The notes under the pieces were generated by a model. That model did not search any database and was not told where the DNA came from. It was given only the letters and a program-made list of their open reading frames with translations. The translations under genes were made by a program, and so were the position numbers. A stretch of DNA of 64,000 bases from Folioceros fuciformis (Eukaryota), in assembly GCA_049999805.1 (NCBI GenBank), contig JBNGIO010006327.1:349689-413688 (forward strand), in the 5' to 3' direction. Of the stretch, positions 23,255-33,600 are shown piece after piece; position 1 is the first letter of the stretch, and each line of letters starts with the position of its first letter.

Positions 23255-24600
23255 GAGAGGATTGCAAACAACAAGAAATGAGGTGTGGGACTAGTAACAC
23301 GGAAAGGGTTAGGGATGTGTTTCACAGCTTGAGGTCCATGGTGGACGTAGTGCAGACGGCTATGGAAGCGTTGGTTGTAGGGGTGGACAATATGAAGGCC
23401 GGTGTCGTCATCCTTAAGGGGTAAATTGATACCATGGCGACAAGCATGAGCTAGATGGCTATGGACTTAGAGAAAGTGTGGAGGACTTTGGTAGGCAAAC
23501 TAGTGGTTGTAGGGGATATAGATAAATAAGTAGGTGGCTATAGTAGGCATAGATGGGGAGGGAGGGGTAGGAAGGCAAATCCAATGAGACAAACCCTTGT
23601 TTTGTTATAAGGGTGATAACCACGGCTTAGGAAAAAGGAGGCTAGCCCATTTTTAGAATTATAAGCACCTAGCCATGTTTGAGGTGCTGCAAGAACAACA
23701 TCCCCATGTAGAGCATGTTCTTCTTACTGGGTAGAATGGTAGCCGGTTGTGTGACGTTTTTTGATCCACCTCCCACGGCAATAGCCATATCCTACCCAAC
23801 AATAAACATTTCCAGATACATGGAACAAAAGCCTTGTTCAACGTAGCAACAATGAGACCTACAGAGCATTGAGTCATCCACAGCTCAAAATGAGAAGGTC
23901 TTGCTATATCGTACACGATACCATCTAATTGATAAGCATTGCGATGAAGAAGAGAAGGAGAATGAGCTCAATTGACCCAAAATCCTCATACTCTCCTCCT
24001 CCTACCGAACGAAGTTCAAAATCCCTCCTTCTCCTACCAAACCACATTAAGCCTAATAGGATAAAGTGTGTGATAGGCTATACTCTTAAATATTTGTAAA
24101 TTCAACCCTTACTTCCTTTAGGCTCGCCTTCACAGCAAGCCATACTGCTTTAACAGTCTTCATACCAGCCACTAGGGCTTGTGCAGGCATTTGAAACACA
24201 CCCACTATGGATTGCATATTTTAATGTTCATCATTTAGTTAGCCATCATTGTGTCTTCCAACAAATCTTGGTCTCCCCATGAGTTGCCTCTCTTAAAGCA
24301 ACTTCTCACAATTGAGTGCGCAATCTACTCTTCTCTTCCCCTTTGCATGCAATGTCAGTGTACACCACTTGCCGCGTTCATTTGTGTTGACCATTTTTTC
24401 AGAGTTGGTTAGAGACAATGCTTGTAATTAGCTCAATCTTCCCTTTAGACAATGCTTCCAGCATTGCACCCTCAACTAGTAAGGCGCCCCCCGCTCTACT
24501 ACTAGCACCCACGAGCCTAACCATACTAGCCTTATTAGCCTCTAATTCTCATAGCAAGCATGCTCACATATATGGCTTGCAATTTATCCGTGATACGTTT
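23255..24600. mobile_element. Heavily degraded retrotransposon fragments
   Basis: NYKHLAMFEVLQEQHPHV at ~23640-23760 (+) resembles the Ty3/gypsy integrase GPY/F region. A degenerate zinc-knuckle-like CEKCFKRG lies at ~24290 (-). The region is CpG-poor and stop-riddled. Confidence 0.4.
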
Positions 24601-25986
24601 CTATTGATTTGGTGCTACTGGAGGATGTCTTGGAACCTAAAGTGTAGAAATTATCACTACTAGAATGAGGATGTGTTTATTTTGCGTTCTATATATATAC
24701 ATGCATATATACATATATGCATATACAATATATTGAGAACTTCATATTGATAAGGGTTGTGAGTCTCAAGTTGTTGGCATGCACTAGCCTATGCTTGCGA
24801 ACACAATTGTTGTCGAGACGACATGCAATCTTCCAATAAGCAATCAAAATTTAAGCATGAGCTCCAACATCTCTTCTATCATTGATTATAATGTAGTCGA
24901 CATGGGAGAGAATCTAGTGCACCGGCACCATTAACACACAAACCTTTATGTGGGCATTAGATTCGACCACGATAGGCGTTAAAAGTTTAAATGCTAAGCA
25001 AACACAATCTAGAGGATGTAGTCCATGAGGGTTAAAGCACCCCCGAGAGCCTCTACTCCATTTAGGATACCTATTTAAGTACTTAATGTTACCCAACCCA
25101 AACGCGAAGTGGACTTAGCCCTCGTAGTTACGTTGTGAACTCGCCATCAACCACCACACGTTCCACACTAGTTGCTTTGATGCCCAATACCTTCATCATC
25201 TCGACGTACATGAGTGGTACCAAATAGCCATGTCTCCATTCCACCTCAAATTGACAATGTTGAGTGTGTCGAAGGCATTTGCGAAGAATTGGATGTTAGA
25301 TTCGACTCTTTGCAACTTGTCTGGATGCTTGTTCACCACTTGCAACAAATGTTAAATGCACTAGGCAGAGAATGCATGAACATTCTCTATTACAAACGTG
25401 AACTCTTGCCTCTCACATGTGAAGAATGGGTCAATCGTGATTGGGGGACTAGATGCCCCTCTGCTTGTTATGATGTGGATCCTACACACATCTGCAGCCT
25501 AAATGTTAGATGCGATGCCTAACCTCTTATGCTCATCTGCAAATTGTAACCACAGATACCACACGAAGCTACCTGATTTCATGTTGGTGTCTACATAGCC
25601 CCTCGAAATCCTTGCGTATACCCTACCCAGGGGTGCTCATAGGCACATTGTGTACCCTCTATGGCTAGCATGTTTGGCTAGCTTAGGAAGATCACTACTA
25701 GCAGAGAGTTGTACATAGATCTATCGTCCTCGTGCATAGACTTTTGGAGCCTACCCCTCCCCTTAGTCCCACATTCCACTTGCAATGTTGTGACTTCTTT
25801 GGCGGGGGGACCTAGGTGGAGATCAACCCACAGCTTCGAGTGTGCCGCAACGCAGCGTTGGCCTTGCTCTCCTCTCTTAGGTCTCAACCTCACTACGTTC
25901 GAGATTGCAACGATCTTTTGAACCATCCGCACCTAGGGTTTGGGCATGCTAGTTTGATGTCGAGCACAAACAACACCCCACATTGC

Positions 25987-26278
25987 TGAAGGATCGCTAG
26001 AGGAGCTACATGGTGAAGGAGGAGAGGAGGAGGTAAGGAGGAGAGGAGAAAAGAGAGCTCACACTCTCACATAGAGTCTCAATAGCAAGGGAGCTCAAGG
26101 GGGTATTTATACCCTCTAGAAAAGCTCCTTAGGAAGCTTCACAAGAAGCGCACAGGAAGTTGCGCAAGAAGCTTCCTACATATTAGCTTAAGCTAATCTA
26201 AACTAATGATACTTAACTAGACACTAATTTTAGACTAAACACATTAGTCTAAGCACATTGGGCTTTAATAACCCTACA
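25987..26278 (-). mobile_element. Solo LTR (292 bp) with 5-bp TSD ATTGC
   Basis: TG...CA termini, ATTGC on both sides (25982-25986 and 26279-26283), and the same family as LTR 22976-23254. Confidence 0.92.
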
Positions 26279-26420
26279 ATTGCGACCTCCATATTCATTA
26301 GAGCCCCTCCCAAGACTGTGTGGGGGATTATCACAAATTACAATGTGTTGACAGATTTTGTCCTCACCTTGGCTATCAGGGAGCTAGAGGCAAAGTTGGC
26401 TTCACGACCACGTGTAGTAG
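26279..26420 (+). pseudogene. Fragment of an SRPBCC/polyketide-cyclase-like (START) gene interrupted by the solo LTR
   Basis: IATSIFIRAPPKTVWGIITNYNVLTDFVLTLAIREL resembles the family motif IxAxIxIxAPxxxVWxVLTDYExLxDFIPxL. Confidence 0.5.
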
Positions 26421-27077
26421 CTGAGGATGCATCGAGAGTGAGGCAATTCCTAAGACTGGGCCTAAGCACACCCTAAAGCATTTGCTGTATAGATCCTCTC
26501 TGTGACCATAGAAAATAGTGATGAAAGCTTTCATATGAGTTTGTAGTTTCGTATGAGTTTGCAGTCTAGTTGTTGAAGTCATGAACTTCTAGTAGGAAGG
26601 CTAGGCCCTTTTTACTCAAATCTATGCTTGTCTCTTGCGAACGTTTGTGTCCCCTTTGGTGCAAGGTTCGGTTTAGTTAGTTTGCTAAAGTGAAAATCGA
26701 AGAACTAGGAATCGAGGGTGGATATGTTCCTCTATCTTAGGAGCATTTTGCACGTTCCATCTCGTTTTCGATAATAGAAACCTTCGGCATGCCGTAAGCA
26801 ATGCTGAGAATACAAACCCTAAAGAAAAAAATAATTCTAATGGACAGTTATATCTCAATATGGTATAGCAAAGAAAAAAATAGCAAGCTTAGTAATGTAC
26901 AAAACATTTTATGGACGGGACGAGGGAGTGCAGATCTGTGAGGTACAAATGTACGTAAGTAGTCGGCAGTTCAAAAAGAATTTTTGAGCACGATCTACTA
27001 GTTTCACCACGCAGGCAGACAGCAAGTAGTGCTGACATTGTGGGAGTCAGTGAGCGGTTGGTGAAGGAAGTTGGAAC

Positions 27078-27965
27078 ATGGCGGAATGCGGTAAACATGA
27101 GCAGGGGGCGGAGAACAGTGTGGAGGTGGATGCTATGCATTTCACCTATCCTGGCCAGCAGCAGGAGTTTATCACGAGCTTTTCTCTACAGTTGAAGCCG
27201 GGATCACGGTGCCTGCTGGTGGGAGCAAATGGAGCTGGGAAGACGACGCTGTTGAAGATCCTGGCAGGTAAGCACATGGTCGGGGGGAGGAATGTGGTGA
27301 GAGTGCTGGGGCAGTCGGCATTCCATGACACGTCTCTGGTTTGCAGTGGGAAGCTGGCATACCTAGGAGGATCGTGGACTAGGTCCGTGGGATCTGTAGG
27401 GGAGGTGCCGCTGCAGGGGGACCTGTCCGCAGAGACTCTGATCTTCGGAGTGGAGGGAGTGGATCCCGCGCGCAGGGATGCGCTGGTGGAGCTCCTGGAC
27501 ATAGATCTGCGCTGGCGGATGCACAAGGTGTCGGACGGGCAGCGGCGCCGCGTGCAGATCTGCATGGGCCTGCTGCACCCGTTCCAGGTGCTGCTGCTGG
27601 ACGAGATCACGGTGGATCTCGACGTCGTGGCCAGGATGGATCTGCTAGGGTTCTTTGCTCAGGAATGCGAGCAGCGGGCCGCCACTATCGTGTACGCCAC
27701 TCATATCTTCGACGGCCTGGAGGCCTGGGCCACTCATTTCGCTTATGTGGAAGATGGCAAGCTCAATCGTTCTGGCAAAATTTCAGATTTGCGCGAGCTG
27801 GATAGGGCCAGACATCTGATCAAGGTTGTGGAGCCGTGGCTCAGAGATGAGAGGGACAGGAGGATGAAGCTGGCCACAGTCAGGGCCCCACAGCAAGAGA
27901 GAGTCACTCGGCCACCGGATGTCTCACCGTGGACATCCAGCCGGCATATGGCTTACTACAGATGA
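27078..27965 (+). CDS. Soluble ABC ATPase, ABCI19/ABCI21 (CAF16-like) type; intronless, 295 aa
   Basis: Walker [10 protein letters not shown], signature [10 protein letters not shown], Walker [14 protein letters not shown], and the plant-type C-terminus SSRHMAYYR. Confidence 0.93.
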   Translation: MAECGKHEQGAENSVEVDAMHFTYPGQQQEFITSFSLQLKPGSRCLLVGANGAGKTTLLKILAGKHMVGGRNVVRVLGQSAFHDTSLVCSGKLAYLGGSWTRSVGSVGEVPLQGDLSAETLIFGVEGVDPARRDALVELLDIDLRWRMHKVSDGQRRRVQICMGLLHPFQVLLLDEITVDLDVVARMDLLGFFAQECEQRAATIVYATHIFDGLEAWATHFAYVEDGKLNRSGKISDLRELDRARHLIKVVEPWLRDERDRRMKLATVRAPQQERVTRPPDVSPWTSSRHMAYYR

Positions 27966-28424
27966 GCCCCGACTCAAGAGTCTGTCTTTTTGGCTGTCGC
28001 AGAGTTTCAATTCACGTGCAGGATTTAGCATATTGCTTTGTTTTGGTTGATGGCTGTGCTCTGAAGCAGTAGGACATCATTGAGCAGACGTCGAGGATCA
28101 AGACCGGAAGAATGATCCCGAAATTGGATATTTTCACGATGGCAAGCGCTCTTTTGCACATGAGCATTTGTCAGGGAAGAAGAGACTTGCCCTACCAAAC
28201 GTCATGGGCAAGAGATGTTGGTAGAAAAAAATGTCAGAATTGAGAATCCCAATGAATTGAGGTGACTACGTGCCAGCATAGCGAGAATAAAAGAAATCAG
28301 CGAAGCTGGGTGCTTGGCCACGTTTTAATGTTTTGAACAGTTTACGGGTTAGGTTTCAGCCCCTGAAAACCGCGCCTCGTTATTCCTGCCTCTGAGAGTC
28401 GCGGCAGCAGCAGAGTTTGCAACC

Positions 28425-28935
28425 ATGTCGTACTTGCTGCCGCATCTGCACTCCGGCTGGGCAGTGGACCAGGCCATCCTGGCGGAGGAGGAGCGAGCTG
28501 TGGTGATTCGTTTTGGCCACGACTGGGATGAGACGTGCATGCAGGTAGGTCTCGCGAGCGCTCCACGCTTTCTCGTGCGCGTTCTGTTGCGGGGATGGCG
28601 TGAAACCCTAACCTATGCATATGCAGATGGACGAGGTGCTGGCCTCCGTGGCGGAGACCATTAAGAACCTGGCGGTGATATACTTGGTGGACATAACCGA
28701 GGTGCCGGACTTCAACACCATGTACGAGCTCTACGATCCCTGCACTATCATGTTCTTCTTCCGCAACAAGCACATCATGATCGATTTGGGGACTGGGAAC
28801 AACAACAAGATCAACTGGGCCCTTAAGGACAAGCAGGAGTTTATTGACATTGTGGAGACTGTCTACCGAGGGGCCAAGAAGGGCCGAGGGTTGGTAGTGT
28901 CCCCAAAGGACTACTCCACTAAGTACAGGTATTAG
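28425..28935 (+). CDS. YLS8: U5 snRNP thioredoxin-like protein DIM1/YLS8; exons 28425-28544 and 28627-28935, 142 aa
   Basis: MSYLLPHLHSGWAVDQAI...CMQ|MDEVL...GRGLVVSPKDYSTKYRY, with a canonical 82-nt intron. Confidence 0.98.
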
Positions 28936-29416
28936 GGCTTTGAGAGCTCAGCAAAGCATACCGGGAGTACCACTTCTTGTGTGCTGGGACAGACTTTCCA
29001 AGTGGACCATTGTAGATTTCTTCACTATACCAAATCGCTGTACACTCGCGAATTTGGGTCCTAGGTCACCAGAAAGTGCCCATCAAAAAACTGCCTGTGT
29101 TGCCATTAAGATATGGTTGAAGTATCTGCCTAGTAATCCTGCCCTTTTCAAAACCAAAGATGGCGGTGATGTCGTCGTAGTAGACATCGGCACTGGTAAG
29201 GGAGCGCACCCAAACCATCATTGCCATGGCCGATTGAAGCTCTTACAACTCTCCTGCCCACCCAGCTGGTGAATTTCACAGTCGTTCATCCAGTGCACCC
29301 TTAATTGATGCAGCTTGGAAACAGGCAGCTAGCAATACTCTGCACAATACATCCATCTAAGCTGTACATGGAGACGAGGAAGCAGCGCCGAAATAGAGAA
29401 TTTCCCAGGTAGCCTG

Positions 29417-29884
29417 TCACTCCTCCTCTGAAGCGTCCTCCTCCTCCAGTTCAAACTGATCTAACTCTTTGAAGTAAGCCATCTGATCGAGAACAGCTTT
29501 CGGAGTGGTGGTCTGCGCCCCCTTGATGCCTGACTTTGCAGCCTTAGGCGTCCTGGTATCCACGTCCCGCGCCCCTCCACGTTTCCTCTTGGCTGCTTGT
29601 TTCTGCCTTACTCCCTGCCCGCTGCTCTCACTCTCGCCTTCATCTTCACACGTTTGAAGAGTCTCCCGTGCCTCACTGCCCTCCTCCGACACCTGAAAGC
29701 TAAAATCCTCAGAGTCAGTGTCAGAGTAATCTCCTTCGCCATCACGCGCTGATTTCTCGCCTCCCGAGCTGTTCCGCTCCTGCCTGCGTTCTTCCAACTG
29801 AATGGCCACAGCCGCGGCCTTGCCTACAGCCCTCCTCTTTCTGTCCGGCCCCATTCCCCGCCGCTGGGACACGTAGACGCGCAT
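29417..29884 (-). CDS. Small disordered nuclear protein with a C-terminal Sororin-like motif, ~155 aa
   Basis: Basic NLS-like patches, an acidic middle and a terminal QMAYFKELDQFELEEE matching the Sororin-type F-x-E-x-D-x-F-E-L motif. The first ATG is at 29884. Confidence 0.65.
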   Translation of the reverse strand: MRVYVSQRRGMGPDRKRRAVGKAAAVAIQLEERRQERNSSGGEKSARDGEGDYSDTDSEDFSFQVSEEGSEARETLQTCEDEGESESSGQGVRQKQAAKRKRGGARDVDTRTPKAAKSGIKGAQTTTPKAVLDQMAYFKELDQFELEEEDASEEE

Positions 29885-30070
29885 TTCCTCCAAGCCTGAA
29901 ACCTTCTCCGATAACGCACGAATTTGCCGTCGGGATAGATCGAGCCTTCAGAACCCGTACGTGATCTCCACGGCTCTCCGGTAGGGAATCCAGGATGAAA
30001 GGCGCGGGAAGCCTGTAGTTTAAATCTGTTGCTTGGAGCCAACGTTGTTTCATCGTTTGAAAAACGAGAT

Positions 30071-30355
30071 TTATTCACTAAGTTCTAAGTTCCATCTAAT
30101 TATTGTAATATTTTTTTGTGGAGGATTTTTATCACACTATAGTGAGTATTAGCTAGCTAATTCTATGTATAGGACATTGACGGCAGCTGCAAGAGAGAGG
30201 TGATGCCAACCACCCTAGTGGTAAGTCATCCTTCCTCCTCCGATTTTAGGTGTTATTGATAGCTTTTAGTGTTCATAGTTTAAATAATTATCAGTTCAAT
30301 ATTAATATTTAAAATAAATATTTACTCTTTATCTAATGAAGAGAACTGTGAATAA
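30071..30355. mobile_element. Possible AT-rich MITE
   Basis: Imperfect terminal inverted repeat ttattcac(ta)agttct / agaactgtgaataa around a very AT-rich block. Confidence 0.25.
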
Positions 30356-30656
30356 CCAAGAGTAATCCAATATGGGGGTAACGCCTCAAGGGTGGTGATA
30401 AGCTCAAGAGTCCCCGACTACACAGCTAGCCTATGAATGACGCTACGCACCACGCCGAGAACGTACCAAATAGCATGATATAGCATTAGTAGATTGAAAT
30501 GTGAAAACCCTAAGCTCCAGGAGTGTAGTGAAAGTAAGACACACACTCCTCCCGTGCTGGCACGCGAATGGCGTGAATGCCGTATACAAGACGCGGGACG
30601 ACGTGAAGGATTCAGAGTGTCCATGATTTTGTGACTCTGTCACAGGCGAGAGCGCT

Positions 30657-33600
30657 ATGGCGGATGCTGGGGGCGCGTTTGTGACCCGTGCCTTCGAGCG
30701 CATGCTGAAGGAGGCCGGCGGGAGGAAGCAAAGCAATCTGCGGGAGGCTCTCAAGGCTTATTTGGAGAGGTCGCAGACCCCAGATCCGAGTGATCTGCAG
30801 CATGCACCTGCCAATGAGGTGGATGTTGGGTCTCAGGCGTCGGAGAATGCCTCTGAAGGGGACCCGGCAGCTCCGGCTGCTGCTGTGGAAGCTGCGGCAC
30901 TGCCTGCCCCTGTGCGGCCCGCAACCACCGGCGAGTCTGCTGCTGCCAGTTTGGCCGAAGCAGGTCACAATTTGGACGGCTCTGAGGCAGATCTGGTAGT
31001 GCTTCCATTGCGTCTCGCTATCGAGACCAAGCAGGCGAGGCTTGTTGAGACAGCCCTCGATTGTTTGCATAAGCTTATAGCATACGGCCATTTGGGAGGG
31101 GAGGCTGGTGTTGAGGGTGGTAAGAATGGAGCTATGGCCACGCAATTGTTCACTCTGGTCTGTGGTTGTGCCGACAACAATGCATCCGATTCAGTAATTT
31201 TGCAGGTGATCAAGGTTCTTCTCACTGCCGTAGCTTCCAGTGCTTTCCAAGTCCATGGGGAGTGCCTCTTGACTGCGATCAAGACGTGTTACAATATTGT
31301 CCTTAGCAGTAAGAATCCGGTCAACCAGGCCACCGCGAAGGCAACCTTGACGCAGATGATCAGCCTTGTATGCAAGAGGATGGAATCGGAGGCACAAAAC
31401 GTCGCCGATGCGGGACGGGTGCCGGCAGCACCTGTCGAAGTAACCCCCAGCGGTAGTGTGGCGGGAGGTAACGGCAAATCTGATACTGCCGAGACCGGCC
31501 ATCTTGGAGATTCTGAAGTAGGAGAAGCGGATTCGGCTCTGGAAAGCAGCTCGCCGAATGCGTTGTACCCCGCACCTGTGGCGCTTGAGGTTCTTCAAAC
31601 TCTTGCTGTGCATGATGACATCAAGGGCCTTGAGGATGCTCTTGGGAAGGCAGTTCTTTCAGAAGGTGAAATGAAGACGGGGGAAGGTGCAGATCTAGAA
31701 AATCTGGCTGTGCATCAACGAGATGCACAGCTCGTGTTTCGCACTGTCTGTAAAATGTCCATGAAAGACGGCAATGATGATTTGGTCAACAGGAGCAGGA
31801 TTCTCTCCCTTGAGCTTCTGCTGGGTTTACTGGAGAGTATGAGCAATGCCAACTCGCTGTTCCTGGTCTCTGTGAAAGCGTACTTGTGCTACGCGTTGCT
31901 CCGGGCTTGCGTGTCAGCCAATTCATCCATCTTTGAGCTCTCATGTTCCATCTTTAATGTGTTGTTACTCCGCTTCAGAGAGAGTCTGAAGGGAGAGATC
32001 GGAGTTTTCTACCCTCTGATCATCTTGCGGTCACTTGAAAGTCCCGAGAGTCCACTTCACCAACGGACGGTGGTCCTGAAACAGTTGGAGAAGCTCTGCT
32101 CGAACCCTCAGCTCCTGGCAGATGTATTCATCAACTATGATTGTGATCTGAAAGCCACCAACCTGTTTGAACGGATGGTCAATTCTCTATCGAAGATGGC
32201 ACAGGGTACTTTGAATTTGGAATCAAGTGGTGGTCAGGTAGCGCAGGTCAACCCTCTCAAGTTTTCATCACTCCAATGCCTAGTCAATGTCCTCAAGTCT
32301 CTCGTGCAGTGGACGGCCAAGCATCAGGAACCCAGTGCAAGTTGGGATGCAATAGTTGCTGAAACTAGTGCAGTAGCTAGTGCTGCTGATTCTTCCAAGG
32401 GCTGGGCCAATTTCGATGGAATTGAGGCTGAGAACAAGGAAGAGACACAAGCCGACTTTGGCAGAGCCAAAGCACACAAGTCCACTTTGGAGGCCGCGGT
32501 GGCTGAGTTCAACCGCAAACCAGAGAAAGGGGTCAAATATTTGGTGGAGTGTAAGCTGGCTGAGAAGGATCCGAAAGCCGTGGCACATTTTCTCAGATCA
32601 GCTCAAGGGTTGAACAAGGCAATGATTGGTGACTATTTGGGACAGCATGAGGAGTTTCCATTGTCTGTCATGCATGCTTACGTGGACGATTTCAACTTCA
32701 CTGGCATGAAGTTTGATCAAGCCATTCGCGAATTTCTCAATGGATTTCGTTTGCCTGGCGAAGCTCAGAAAATTGATCGCATAATGGAAAAATTTGCAGA
32801 GCGTTTCTGCCGCAACAATCCAGGTCTGTTCAGGAATGCTGATACTGCTTATGTGTTGGCCTATGCCGTCATTATGCTCAACACAGACGCTCACAACCCC
32901 CTCGTGTCTTCAAAGATGTCTAAAGCTGATTTTGTGAAGATAAATTCGGGCCAGCCTGGTGATCAAGAGGAAGAACATGCACCTAGAGAACTCTTAGAGG
33001 AGATCTATGAGTCCATTGTGAGAGATGAGATAAGGATGAAGGACGATGGCAACAATGCTATCAGGAAGGATCCAAGGAGAAGAGATGCTGAAGAGAAGAG
33101 CAGGTTGGTGAATGTTCTTAATCTTGGTCTGCCAAGGAGGAAGGCAGCTGTTGACACGAAAAAGGAAAGCGAGGAGATTGTGCAACGGACACAGGATTTG
33201 TTCAAGAAGGGAGGGGTACAGAGTGGCGTCTTTCATGTTGCTAAGCAGATTGAGCTTGCTCGCCCAATGTTAGAAGCTGTTGGTTGGCCTCTGCTTGCTG
33301 CGTTTTCTGTCACCATGGAGGACAGTGACAATAGACCACGGGTTCTGTTGTGCATGGAAGGGTTCCGGATGGGTGTACATTTGACTAAGGTTCTTGGCAT
33401 GGAAACAATGCGGTATGCTTTCCTGACCTCCTTGGTGAGATTCACGTACACACATTCTCCCAGAGAGATGCGCACAAAGAACGTGGAAGCGCTGAGGACC
33501 CTACTTGGCATGGCGGAAAATGAACCCGATGCTTTGCAAGACACCTGGAATGCTTTACTGGAATGTGTTTCAAGGTTGGAGTACATCACCTCCTCCTCAA

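Noticed and set aside
24700-25700. Degraded coding-like sequence
   Set aside because: It is too decayed to assign to a gene or TE family by eye.
22976-26278. One full-length LTR retrotransposon bounded by the two LTRs
   Set aside because: The PBS is outside the pair, the right LTR has its own TSD and there is no colinear pol between them.
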